Positions 23,741-33,442 of a stretch of 64,000 bases of DNA are shown piece by piece. The stretch comes from Synergistota bacterium (GTDB lineage Bacteria > Synergistota > GBS-1): positions 1,418 to 65,417 of the forward strand of contig JAGHDO010000057.1 in the NCBI GenBank assembly GCA_021159885.1. The letters are read 5' to 3'. The translations under genes and the position numbers were made by a program. The first letter of the stretch is position 1; every line of letters starts with the position of its first letter. The notes under the pieces are model-generated. The model was not told where the DNA came from. It saw only the letters and a list, made by a program, of their open reading frames with translations, and made no database searches.

Positions 23741-24820
23741 TTGATGGTTTCTCTTAAGGATGAGAAAGCCGAGATTAATGAGAAGGAAATCGAAAGAGTC
23801 AGTGAAGTAGCAAGGTATGCACTCCTTTTTGCCACTGATAAGAGATACTATATTCCTCTCACTCCTGAGAATTATGATAGATGCTATAGGATAGTTGAAA
23901 AGCTCTATGAAAGGGGAGAGCCCCTTACTTGGGAGAACTTTATAAGAGAGTGGGGAGGAGAGCTTCCCTCAAGCGATAAGGAGACCGTTTTAGCTAAGGC
24001 TTCTGCTAAGCTATACGCTGTTGCGGAAGAGCTCGCAAATCATGCTGAGTTGATGCACGGTGTTGGCAAGGATTTCGATACCACTATGGAAACATTTGCC
24101 GATGGTGTTAAAGGAGCGAGAGAAAGAAAGGACATTGCAATTGTGATAAGAGGTCTCCTTGAAGAAGTAGCTAAGGCGAGAAAAAGGGTAGATGAGTTAA
24201 CCAGGGAGCTTGAGGAATCTAAACGGCAGATAAGAGAGTTGAAGCAAGAACTGAAAAGGGTTCAGATGGAAGCTCTAACCGATAGGCTGACGGGGGCTTT
24301 AAATAGAGGAAGTCTTGAAACGATGGTTTCTTTGAATCTGAAAAGAAGGAGAAAAAATGGTGTACCGTTTTGCGTTGCCATATTTGATATAGATGACTTC
24401 AAGGAGATCAACGATACTCATGGTCATCTTTTTGGAGATGAGGTGCTTAAAAAAATCACCGAGGTTGTGAAGGGGAGTCTCTCTAACGGGGATCTTCTAT
24501 ACAGATATGGTGGGGACGAGTTCTGTATTCTTTTCCCTGGAAAAAATCTTGATGAATCCCTCGCTCTTATGGAGAGGGCAGCCTCAAACGTAAGGAAGAT
24601 ACCTTTTATAGGCCTCATGGGAAAACCCCTTAAGGTGAGCTTAAGCGTTGGCATAGCAGAGGCGAAGAGAGATGATACTCCTAAGGATCTCCTTCTTCGG
24701 GCTGATGAAGCCCTTTATTTTGCCAAAGAATCTGGTAAAAACACCATAAAAACCGACAAGGATGTTAGATCTAAGTCTTCGTGGAGGATAGACATAAGTT
24801 CACTCACCACAGTCGATTAG
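23741..24820 (+). CDS. Diguanylate cyclase (coiled-coil N-terminal region + GGDEF)
   Basis: The 359-aa ORF has a GGDEF domain with the RYGGDEF motif. Confidence 0.85.
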   Translation: MMVSLKDEKAEINEKEIERVSEVARYALLFATDKRYYIPLTPENYDRCYRIVEKLYERGEPLTWENFIREWGGELPSSDKETVLAKASAKLYAVAEELANHAELMHGVGKDFDTTMETFADGVKGARERKDIAIVIRGLLEEVAKARKRVDELTRELEESKRQIRELKQELKRVQMEALTDRLTGALNRGSLETMVSLNLKRRRKNGVPFCVAIFDIDDFKEINDTHGHLFGDEVLKKITEVVKGSLSNGDLLYRYGGDEFCILFPGKNLDESLALMERAASNVRKIPFIGLMGKPLKVSLSVGIAEAKRDDTPKDLLLRADEALYFAKESGKNTIKTDKDVRSKSSWRIDISSLTTVD

Positions 24821-24923
24821 CTTTGTGCCTTTTACATAAAAATAGGGTTGTAGGACATTATGATTCCTTATGTTCTTACTTCGGCTGCCCTCCTATCGTG
24901 CCATACAAGCGCGGTGAAAGATA

Positions 24924-26477
24924 GTGGCTTTTGATGGAAGCGTTCTTAGGGGGATTCTGGGGGAGTTAGAGGAGAGTTTCTTGGGGAAGAGGATTAGATC
25001 TGTAAAATTGGATAAGAGGGGGGTTTTTCTGGAATTCAGCGGGGGAGTGGGGATATCAATTGCTCTCTCCCGCTCGTTTTCCTCCATTTTTGCTTCGGAT
25101 TCCCCTGTGGGCATAACCGATCAACCAGATCCTCCGTTTGTGCTTCTTCTAAGGAAACATCTCGTTGGAAGCGAGCTTATCCGCGTTTATCAGCATGAGT
25201 TTGATAGAGTGGCTTTTCTCCAGTTCGAAACGAGATATGCATCTCGCCTGGTTGAAAGAAGAAAACTGGCTTTAGAGCTTTTTCCTGGTAGGGCTAATGC
25301 TATTCTTTTGGAGGATGAGCGTATAGTTGTCTCCGCTTGGAAAGAAAAGGGGATGAAAAGCAGGTACTATCTACCACCAATTTCGCGCAGGGTGAACCCG
25401 CTTCTCTTCAGGAATATAGGAGAGCTTTCCATCGATAGGATTTCAGCGGTATTTCAGGGAACGAGTGAAAATCTGTTGGATTATCTTTCTTCGGGAAGTG
25501 TTTCGGAAAAATGGGAAAGCTGGATAAACGCTCTGGAAAAGAGAGCTTTTCTACCCGTTCTTTTCATTGCGGAGGAGGGCTTCCCTCTCGACTATTGGAT
25601 TCTGGATTATGACTTTCCAAGGGCAGCTGCTAAAGAGTCATTTGCTACTCTTTCGGAGCTTGTGAGGAGCTTTATGATCAGAAGGATGGAGTTTGAGGAG
25701 GAAGTCGAGTGGAGGAAAAGAAGGGAAAAAGAAAGAAGAGATAGGCTTAAATATCTTTTAAAAAAGAGGGATAAGCTTCTTGATGTTATTGAGCGTGAGG
25801 AGGAAGCAAGAAGACTTAAGCTTCTTGGGGAGATCATACTCGCCAACATAAGCTTTATTAAGAAGGGGGAGAGAGAAGCAAGTCTTCTTAATCCATACAC
25901 GGGTGAGCTTGAGACGATAAGGCTTGATCCCTCACTTTCACCTGCCATGAATGCTCAAAAGCTTTTTAAGGAAGCATCAAAGCTTAAGAGAGGGGTGAAA
26001 AAGGCGAGGGAGGAGCTTGCGAGGGTCGAGATGGAAATCGCAAAGCTCGACGCTATAGATGGCATTGAAAAAGTAACGAAGGAAAAGAGGGAGAAGAAAG
26101 AGCAAAAATCTTCTCTTCCCTTTAGGGAGTTCGATTACAAAGGTTGGAAGATCCTCGTTGGTAAGGGAGCGAAATCTAATGAGTTATTAACATTTAAGAA
26201 AGCATCACCGGAGGATATCTGGCTTCATGTTCGAGGATCTCCGGGAAGCCATGTGGTAGTGAGAAACCCGTGGGGATCCGAGCTTCCAGGAGATGTCTTA
26301 GAGTTCGCTGCTTCCTTGGCTGCTTATTATAGTAAGGCAAGGATGAATGCTAAAGTTCCTGTGGATTATACCCTGGTTAAGTATGTTAAAAGGCATCCCT
26401 CGGGAAAGAGAGGAGCGGTTCTTGTAAGAAACCAAAATACTATCTGGGTGAGACCAAGGAGCGGAGAAATCTCCTAA
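24924..26477 (+). CDS. rqcH: Ribosome quality control factor RqcH (NFACT/FbpA-N family, NEMF/Tae2 homolog)
   Basis: The 517-aa ORF has an NFACT-N domain, a long coiled-coil middle region, and a C-terminal NFACT-R/DUF814 (WLHVRGSPGSHVVV). Confidence 0.8.
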   Translation: MAFDGSVLRGILGELEESFLGKRIRSVKLDKRGVFLEFSGGVGISIALSRSFSSIFASDSPVGITDQPDPPFVLLLRKHLVGSELIRVYQHEFDRVAFLQFETRYASRLVERRKLALELFPGRANAILLEDERIVVSAWKEKGMKSRYYLPPISRRVNPLLFRNIGELSIDRISAVFQGTSENLLDYLSSGSVSEKWESWINALEKRAFLPVLFIAEEGFPLDYWILDYDFPRAAAKESFATLSELVRSFMIRRMEFEEEVEWRKRREKERRDRLKYLLKKRDKLLDVIEREEEARRLKLLGEIILANISFIKKGEREASLLNPYTGELETIRLDPSLSPAMNAQKLFKEASKLKRGVKKAREELARVEMEIAKLDAIDGIEKVTKEKREKKEQKSSLPFREFDYKGWKILVGKGAKSNELLTFKKASPEDIWLHVRGSPGSHVVVRNPWGSELPGDVLEFAASLAAYYSKARMNAKVPVDYTLVKYVKRHPSGKRGAVLVRNQNTIWVRPRSGEIS

Positions 26478-27339
26478 GATCTTGAGGTAAGGGGGAGGTG
26501 AAAGATAGCTTCTTTTCCGTGCATGGGTGGGAAAAAGCTAACTTGTAAGCGTGCAGAAACTGCCTTTTAAGCGAGGGGAGCTTACCTTCCCCGTAGACTT
26601 CGTCTCCAGCAATGGGATACCCTTGATAGGAAAAATGAACTCTTATCTGATGCGTTCTTCCAGTTTTTATCTGAACCTCTACCAGGGTGAATCCCTCATA
26701 TCTTTTAAGGACTCTGAAGAAAGTAATGGCTTCTTTTCCGCCGAGCGTTACTTTCATTTTCTTTCTATTAAAGGGATCTCTACCAATGGGGAGCTCTATT
26801 TTCCCCTCATCGAGAGGTAGATTCCCCAATAACAAAGCAAGATATCTTTTCTCAACCGTTCTTTCGGAAAACTGCTTAGAGAGGCTTTTATAGGCTAAAG
26901 GTGTCTTCGCTATAATGATTAGACCTGATGTATCCTTGTCAAGGCGATGAATGATACCAGGCCTTTCTGGTGAAGCCCCGGGCAGATTTCTATATCTCTT
27001 AAGCAGTAGGTTAACTATGGTATTTTCCTCACACCCTGGGGAGGGGTGAACCGCTATACCTGCTGGTTTATCAAGAACGAGAATGTCATCGTCCTCAAAA
27101 ACCACTGAAATGGGAATATCTTGAGGTTTTATAACTTTGTGCTTTGGCGGAAGCTCTGATATCTCTATTTCGTTTCCTTCTTTAACCTTGTAGCTCGGCT
27201 CCGCTTTGCATCCATTAACGATAATTTTGCCGCTTTCTATTAATTTTTTGGCTAAGGATCTCGATATCTCTTTTAGTTTTTCTGAGATCAGCTTGTCGAG
27301 TCTTTTTCCAGAATCTTCAGGGGTTACTCGTATCTTCAT
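26440..27339 (-). CDS. rluD: RluA-family 23S rRNA pseudouridine synthase (RluD-like)
   Basis: The 299-aa ORF has an S4 domain and the HRLDKDTSGL catalytic motif. Confidence 0.88.
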   Translation of the reverse strand: MKIRVTPEDSGKRLDKLISEKLKEISRSLAKKLIESGKIIVNGCKAEPSYKVKEGNEIEISELPPKHKVIKPQDIPISVVFEDDDILVLDKPAGIAVHPSPGCEENTIVNLLLKRYRNLPGASPERPGIIHRLDKDTSGLIIIAKTPLAYKSLSKQFSERTVEKRYLALLLGNLPLDEGKIELPIGRDPFNRKKMKVTLGGKEAITFFRVLKRYEGFTLVEVQIKTGRTHQIRVHFSYQGYPIAGDEVYGEGKLPSLKRQFLHAYKLAFSHPCTEKKLSFTSPLPQDLRRFLRSLVSPR

Positions 27340-27781
27340 CTCTCCATCCTTTGAAAAAGCTGATCAGAGCGAGTACGATTCCTATTGTTATCAAAGCATC
27401 AGCTACATTGAAGGTAGGCCAATAGGGGAGGTTTATGAAATCTACAACTCTTCCATATATAATCCTGTCTAATAGGTTTCCTATTGCGCCACTTACCAAA
27501 AATGCTCTTGAGGTTCTTGAAAGACGGTCTTTCGCTGGCAGAGAGTAAAGCAGAATTATAAATAGAGATGTGATGATTATCCATATCTTATTGCCCTTAA
27601 AGATTTTTATGCCAAAGGCCGATCCTTCGTTGAAGAGAAGCTTGAGCTTAATTAAACCGGAGAGGAGAGATATCTCTCCTCTCCGAAGCTCTTTTAAGGC
27701 AAGTAGCTTGGTTATTCTATCTATACCTATGCCTGAAGCGAGTATCCAAGCTTCCTTAATATGGATGCGCATCTCGGGCAT
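27317..27781 (-). CDS. lspA: Lipoprotein signal peptidase (signal peptidase II)
   Basis: The 154-aa ORF has the FNVAD motif and four transmembrane segments. Confidence 0.85.
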   Translation of the reverse strand: MPEMRIHIKEAWILASGIGIDRITKLLALKELRRGEISLLSGLIKLKLLFNEGSAFGIKIFKGNKIWIIITSLFIILLYSLPAKDRLSRTSRAFLVSGAIGNLLDRIIYGRVVDFINLPYWPTFNVADALITIGIVLALISFFKGWRDEDTSNP

Positions 27782-30537
27782 GTGTCAGGAAATTCTTTAT
27801 CCTTGCCGGTATCTGGATGATACTGCCAGCAACGCTCACACTTTTTCCCCTCCGCCTTGAGAATTTTTACTTCGGTTCCGGTTTCTTCCTCATCTTTAAA
27901 GTCGAAATCATTTAATGGAGTTTTAGAAACTTCGACCTGTGAGACGATGAAGATATCAGCGAGTTCTTTCTCTGTAAAGCGCTTTTTGACTTTCTCATCG
28001 GGTATAAAGATTCTAATTTTCGCTTCGAGGGATGATCCTATGAGACCGTTTTGACGAGCCATTTCGAGTGCTTTATTTACTGCCTTTCTTACCTTTATTA
28101 GTCTTTCCCATCTTTCTTCAAGCTCCTCATCCATATACTTTTCCTCTACCTTGGGCCAGTTGCTCAAGTGAACGCTTTCCTCCCTTGTTTCAGGATCTGG
28201 CAAATGCTGCCATATTTCCTCCGCTGTGAAGCTAAGAAGAGGGGCAATCAGCTTGGATAGGGTAAGGACTATCTTGAATAGAACAGTTTGAGCGCTTCTT
28301 CTTTCTTTGGAGTCCGGAGGTAAGACATAAAGCCTATCTTTCAGTATATCGAGATAGAACGAGCTCATGTCGAGGACACAAAAATCGTGGATATAGTGAT
28401 ACGGAAGATGGAACTCATAGTGATCATATCCCCAAGTGACCCTCTTTATAAGATGTTGTAGGCGAAGTAGCGCCCATTTATCTATCTCAAGAAGCTCTTC
28501 ATAGGGGAGCGAATTCTTTGATGGAGAAAAGTCGTATAAGTTTCCGAGTATGAACCTTGCGGTATTTCTTATTCTCCTATAGGCTTCAACAAGCTGGTTG
28601 AGTATGCTTTCAGAGATCCTTACATCTACCCTATAGTCCGAGGAAGCAGCCCAAAGTCTTAGCAAATCTGCTCCGTATTTCTCTATGACCTCCTGGGGAT
28701 ATATCACGTTCCCCAGAGATTTTGACATCTTTCTTCCTTCACCATCGACTATGAAACCGTGCGTTAAAACGGATCTATACGGTGCTCTTCCCGTCACGGC
28801 TACAGAGGTTAAAAGCGATGTCTGAAACCAGCCTCTGTGCTGATCTGTCCCTTCAAGATACATATCTGCAGGCCATTTCAGATCCGGATCATCTTCTAAG
28901 ACTGCGAAGTGACTGGTTCCTGAGTCAAACCATACGTCCATGATGTCGGTTTCTTTTTCGAATCCTTCGGAGCTTCCGCAATGAGGGCATTTGAAGCCTT
29001 CACCCAATATTTCCTCTGGCGATTTTGAGAACCATGAGCTTGAACCCTCTCTCTCGAAGAGCCTTTTCGTTTTTTCTATAGTATCCTCAGTGATGATTTC
29101 TTTACCGCACTTCTTGCAATAAAAGGCAGGTATTGGGACTCCCCAGACTCTCTGTCTTGAGAGACACCAATCGGATCTGTCTCTAACCATGTTATAGATT
29201 CTGTTCTTTCCCCAGTCTGGGATCCATTCAACTTCATTTATCGCCTTTAAAGCTTCCTCCCTAAAGGCGCTAACGTTGATGAACCACTGAGGTGTGGCTC
29301 TGAATATAACTGGTTTTTTGCACCTCCAGCAGTGAGGATAGGAGTGGGTAATCTCATCCAAGTGAAGAAGAGTTCCATTTTCCCTCATGATATCTATTAT
29401 TTTCTTGTTAGCCTCGTCGTATCTAAGTCCCTCAAGAATAGGAATTTCCGATGTGAATCTTCCTTTGTCATCCAGTGGTGAGAATGGTTCAAGATTATAC
29501 CTTACTCCCATCTCATAATCCTCAGGTCCATGTCCGGGAGCAGAGTGAACACATCCCGTTCCTTCATCTAAGGTTACGAAATCGGCTAAAAGAAGAGGAA
29601 CTACTCTATCTAAAAAGGGATGGTGAACTTTAATATTCTCGAGCTCGCTTCCCTTAACCGTTCTTATCAGCTTGAGCTCCCTTCCTATTATTTTTTCCAA
29701 TCTCTCTTTCGTTTTAAGAGCTATAAGAAAAGCTTCCTTTTCATCTTCAAGGAGGGCATACTCATAGTTGGGGTGAAGTGCTATGGCTAAGTTAGCGGGA
29801 AGCGTCCATGGTGTGGTTGTCCATATGAGAATGCTTATAGGTTTATCCGTTGCTCCCTTGAAAAAGCTGGCAAGCTCGCCAGTATCTCTAAACTTAACAT
29901 ATATGGATGGGGATGTTTCATCCCAGTATTCAACCTCAGCTGCAGCCAAAGCTGTTTCACAGCTTGAGCACCAGAAAACAGGTTTTTTCCCCCTATAGAC
30001 ATATCCTTTAAGCGCGGTCTTCCCAAATATCTCAATTTGCTTAGCCTCATATTTGGGGTCCAATGTTATATATGGTCTTTCCCAGTGTCCCCTAACTCCC
30101 AGCCTTATGAATTCTTCCCTTTGCTTATTCACGAATTTAAGAGCATATTCTCTGCACATTTCTCTAAGCTTCACCGGCTCTATATCTTCCTTCCTTATCT
30201 TATTCGCTTTCAAAACCTGGTATTCAATGGGAAGACCGTGAGTATCCCAACCGGGCACGTAGGGTACATCGTATCCCCGCATAAATTTATACCTGTTTAT
30301 GAAGTCTTTGAGTATCTTATTGAAAGCGGTCCCTATGTGTATTGGACCATTAGCATAGGGAGGGCCATCGTGTAAAACGAACTTCTCGGCGCCTTTTCTC
30401 TTTTCTCTTGCCTTATCGTTGATTTTCCTTTCCTCCCAGAACTTTAAAATTTCCGGTTCCTTTTTCGGGAGGTTTGCTTTCATTGGGAATTTGGTCTTGG
30501 GAAGATTTAGGGTATCTTTATAATCCATTTCGTTCAC
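27727..30537 (-). CDS. ileS: Isoleucine--tRNA ligase
   Basis: The 936-aa ORF has HIGH-type (PYANGPIHIGTA) and KMSKS motifs and a C-terminal Zn finger (CERC...CPRC). Confidence 0.95.
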   Translation of the reverse strand: MNEMDYKDTLNLPKTKFPMKANLPKKEPEILKFWEERKINDKAREKRKGAEKFVLHDGPPYANGPIHIGTAFNKILKDFINRYKFMRGYDVPYVPGWDTHGLPIEYQVLKANKIRKEDIEPVKLREMCREYALKFVNKQREEFIRLGVRGHWERPYITLDPKYEAKQIEIFGKTALKGYVYRGKKPVFWCSSCETALAAAEVEYWDETSPSIYVKFRDTGELASFFKGATDKPISILIWTTTPWTLPANLAIALHPNYEYALLEDEKEAFLIALKTKERLEKIIGRELKLIRTVKGSELENIKVHHPFLDRVVPLLLADFVTLDEGTGCVHSAPGHGPEDYEMGVRYNLEPFSPLDDKGRFTSEIPILEGLRYDEANKKIIDIMRENGTLLHLDEITHSYPHCWRCKKPVIFRATPQWFINVSAFREEALKAINEVEWIPDWGKNRIYNMVRDRSDWCLSRQRVWGVPIPAFYCKKCGKEIITEDTIEKTKRLFEREGSSSWFSKSPEEILGEGFKCPHCGSSEGFEKETDIMDVWFDSGTSHFAVLEDDPDLKWPADMYLEGTDQHRGWFQTSLLTSVAVTGRAPYRSVLTHGFIVDGEGRKMSKSLGNVIYPQEVIEKYGADLLRLWAASSDYRVDVRISESILNQLVEAYRRIRNTARFILGNLYDFSPSKNSLPYEELLEIDKWALLRLQHLIKRVTWGYDHYEFHLPYHYIHDFCVLDMSSFYLDILKDRLYVLPPDSKERRSAQTVLFKIVLTLSKLIAPLLSFTAEEIWQHLPDPETREESVHLSNWPKVEEKYMDEELEERWERLIKVRKAVNKALEMARQNGLIGSSLEAKIRIFIPDEKVKKRFTEKELADIFIVSQVEVSKTPLNDFDFKDEEETGTEVKILKAEGKKCERCWQYHPDTGKDKEFPDTCPRCASILRKLGYSLQA

Positions 30538-30604
30538 CCCTCGCTTTAGTGGAAAATTGTAAGAAGCCTGAGCAAAATTATATCAAAAGGAATTACATAT
30601 AAAA

Positions 30605-30640
30605 AGAGGGGAAGAGTCTTTACTCTTCCCCTCGTTCGTT
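30605..30640 (-). terminator. Rho-independent terminator after the ABC substrate-binding protein gene, upstream of ileS
   Basis: A perfect hairpin gaggggaagagt-cttt-actcttcccctc carries a T-run on the minus strand (plus-strand ataaaaa upstream). Confidence 0.65.
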
Positions 30641-30668
30641 TCGGGTTTTTAAAGCTGGGGAGGTTTCC

Positions 30669-32237
30669 TTAGTCCTCTATCCAAGCGTTTTTCACTATGA
30701 GAATTTCTATAGGCAATTCGACAACTCCGTGAACCTTCTTGCGATACCCTATAACATCTTTCTGAACGTGGAGGAAGATCCATGGGGCATCGTGGATGAT
30801 GATCTTCTGAGCCTTACGATATACCTCAGCTCTCTTCTTTGGATCTACCGTCTTCATACCTTCCTCGATTAACTTATCTACTTCCTTGTTGGAGTAGAAG
30901 GCTCTATTTCCGCCTATGGGAGCCCACATGTTAGTAGCGAAGAGCGGTCTTAATACCCAGTCTGCATCTCCAGTGGATGGAGCCCATCCCAGAAGGGCAA
31001 GCTCATGTGTGGCTTTATCTACAGGCTTGCGGAGTCTCGCTAAGTAAGTTGCCCAGTCTGCTGTCCACAACTTTGCTTTAATGCCTATGTTGCTTAAATA
31101 GCCTTGAACGGCTTCTGCAACCTTATAGTCCATGAGGTATCTTCCATGTGGGGTAGCAAGCTGGACTATAAACTTTTTCCCATCCTTTTCGAGGATACCG
31201 TCTCCATCGACGTCTTTCCATCCAGCTTCAGCGAGAAGCTTTTTCGCCTTCTCTGGGTCATAGGTATATTTCTTGATATCTGCATATCCCCAGGTTAGGG
31301 GAGCAAGAGGTCCATTTGCAGGCTCAGCTAATCCCTTCAGAATATTCTTGCATATTGCCTCTCTGTCTACCGCATAGTTAAGCGCTTGCCTTACACGAAC
31401 ATCCTTGAATATCTCCTTCTGAGTATTCATAAGTATATAGATTACCCTTAGGGATGGGGTTATGCTTACGACTATGTCTTTGTTTTTCTTAAGTCTGGGA
31501 ATATCAAATGGGGAAACCCTCTCGGCTATATCGAGCTCTCCAGTTTCGAGCATCATGGTTCTGCTCGTATCCTCAGGTATCGTCTTGAAAATAATCTTAT
31601 CTATCTTTGGCTTACCTTTCCAGTAATTTTTATTTGCAACGAGTGTTATGTGGTCTCCTGGAATCCACTCCTTGAAGATAAAGGGTCCTGTTCCCGATGG
31701 ATGATGCTTTATATCAGCGTTTTTATCTATGTATGTGGGGTCTAGTATAAGACCAGCACCGTGGGCTAAGTGATGCAGAAACGCACCGAAGGGTATTTTA
31801 AGTATAAACTGCACGGTGTACTTGTCTACCACCTTTATCTCCTTTATGAGTGGTTTATAAAGAGCTGTTCTCCTCAATCTCTTAGTTATTATGCGATCGA
31901 AGTTTTTCTTAACTGCGTAAGCGTCAAACTCAGCTCCACTGTGGAATTTAATTCCTTTTCTAAGATAGAACGTCCATACTAAGCCATCTTTTGAAACGGT
32001 CCACTTGTAAGCTAAGGCTGGCTTGATATTAAGATGCTCATCGAATTCTACCAAGCCGTCATAAATATGGCGGTTTACCTCTTCTGAGGGATTATCCGTT
32101 GCGTTTTGTGGATCTAAGGTAACGGGCTCTGCCCCCTGCCCCACAATTAACACTTTTTCTTTGGCGAGAGCAGGGAGTGCGATCAAGCCTGCCGCTATGA
32201 CCAAACCTAACACGACTATCCACGCTTTCCTCCTCAA
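30669..32237 (-). CDS. ABC transporter substrate-binding protein, family 5 (dipeptide/oligopeptide, DppA/OppA-like)
   Basis: The 522-aa ORF has an N-terminal signal peptide (MRRKAWIVVLGLVIAAGLIALPALA) and the SBP_bac_5 architecture. Confidence 0.85.
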   Translation of the reverse strand: MRRKAWIVVLGLVIAAGLIALPALAKEKVLIVGQGAEPVTLDPQNATDNPSEEVNRHIYDGLVEFDEHLNIKPALAYKWTVSKDGLVWTFYLRKGIKFHSGAEFDAYAVKKNFDRIITKRLRRTALYKPLIKEIKVVDKYTVQFILKIPFGAFLHHLAHGAGLILDPTYIDKNADIKHHPSGTGPFIFKEWIPGDHITLVANKNYWKGKPKIDKIIFKTIPEDTSRTMMLETGELDIAERVSPFDIPRLKKNKDIVVSITPSLRVIYILMNTQKEIFKDVRVRQALNYAVDREAICKNILKGLAEPANGPLAPLTWGYADIKKYTYDPEKAKKLLAEAGWKDVDGDGILEKDGKKFIVQLATPHGRYLMDYKVAEAVQGYLSNIGIKAKLWTADWATYLARLRKPVDKATHELALLGWAPSTGDADWVLRPLFATNMWAPIGGNRAFYSNKEVDKLIEEGMKTVDPKKRAEVYRKAQKIIIHDAPWIFLHVQKDVIGYRKKVHGVVELPIEILIVKNAWIED

Positions 32238-32312
32238 GGAAGCTCACCTCCCATGTCTTTTTTGCTTCTGTCCTTCCCTCCCGCTTATTAACATTAGCTC
32301 GCTTAAACCTCT

Positions 32313-33425
32313 TTAGAAGACATCACCTCCTTTAAGTATTTTACCCTTGGAAATAACGCCCTTAAGATTAAATTCGTTGTCAAATACTAAAAGATCGGCA
32401 TCGGCTCCTTCCTCTATTCTACCTTTCATTTTCAAGCCTATTCTTTCAGCAGGGTTGGTTGAAAGAATTTTTAAGGCTTTTTCAAGGCCTATTAGCTCTT
32501 TCAATTTTAAAAATTCCTCAAATAGGGCTTTTGGAGAGGCTACAGCCATTTCAATTAGGTTGCCATTAGCGTCAAATCTTGGAAGGCTTCCACCAGAGTC
32601 CGAGCTTATTGTTATTTGGTCGAGTGAGGCTCCATTGTCAAGTAGGTATTTAACGCCATCCGCTGCTGAAAAATCCTTCGTGACTGCCGTTAGGTCAACG
32701 TATCCTCCTTCGAGACAGTATTTCAGTGCTTCTTTAAGGATTTCTTCGTCTCGATTCATATGGGTAGGGAGAAAGTGATACTTGGGTATATTGGTTCTCT
32801 TGAAAACCTCGCGTAGTATTCCCAGGGGATTGGGGAACTTGCCGGTATGAAGGTGAAGTATAGCTTTTTTCCCGCTGAGCATTCCAGCTACTCTTATCTC
32901 TGATGCTAACCTGATTAGCTCATCAACGGTTGGCCATGAAGAGCGATGATCTGAGATAGCCACTTCTCCTACTCCTATCACCTTTTCTATAGCTATTATA
33001 TCCATTGCCACGCTTCCGGTTATAGTCGGTGGAGGTATTTGATAAGAACCGCTGTATATGTATGTAGAAAGTCCCTGTAGCTCGAGGGCGTATGCCTTTT
33101 GAAGCAGCCCGAGCATGCTTCGCGTGTAACCGTCAGTTCCAAGTAAACCAATTGCTGTTGTTATGCCAGCGCTTATGATCTCGTCTATGGTAAGCTCCCT
33201 CGTTCTATTAATGGGGCTTCCCTCTCCGCCAGCTCCCGCGAAATGAACATGTAGGTCAACAAACCCCGGCGTTATGATGCTCTCGCCCAGATCAATGACT
33301 TTTATTTTAGGAATATTTACATCGATTTTTTCATCAATCCAATAGACTTTATCGAAGCTTATAAGAATATCCTTATTGCCCAGATCCTCGGGTGAGAATA
33401 CGCGCGCATTCTTGAGGAGTATCAA
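32313..33425 (-). CDS. iadA: Isoaspartyl dipeptidase (beta-aspartyl peptidase), amidohydrolase superfamily
   Basis: The 370-aa ORF has the metal-binding HVH signature (PGFVDLHVHF) and IadA-like length and motifs. Confidence 0.75.
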   Translation of the reverse strand: MILLKNARVFSPEDLGNKDILISFDKVYWIDEKIDVNIPKIKVIDLGESIITPGFVDLHVHFAGAGGEGSPINRTRELTIDEIISAGITTAIGLLGTDGYTRSMLGLLQKAYALELQGLSTYIYSGSYQIPPPTITGSVAMDIIAIEKVIGVGEVAISDHRSSWPTVDELIRLASEIRVAGMLSGKKAILHLHTGKFPNPLGILREVFKRTNIPKYHFLPTHMNRDEEILKEALKYCLEGGYVDLTAVTKDFSAADGVKYLLDNGASLDQITISSDSGGSLPRFDANGNLIEMAVASPKALFEEFLKLKELIGLEKALKILSTNPAERIGLKMKGRIEEGADADLLVFDNEFNLKGVISKGKILKGGDVF

Positions 33426-33442
33426 GTCTTATCCCTCCTTTT

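Noticed and set aside
25607-25948. 113-aa minus-strand ORF rich in Ser/Leu inside rqcH
   Set aside because: It lies entirely antisense to the well-supported rqcH coiled-coil region. Its composition is low-complexity, which is typical of a shadow ORF opposite a Lys/Glu-rich coiled coil.
30538-30668. Possible T-box riboswitch leader upstream of ileS
   Set aside because: Only ~66 nt separate the ileS start from the upstream terminator hairpin. This is far too short for a T-box (>200 nt), and no specifier or antiterminator elements are visible.
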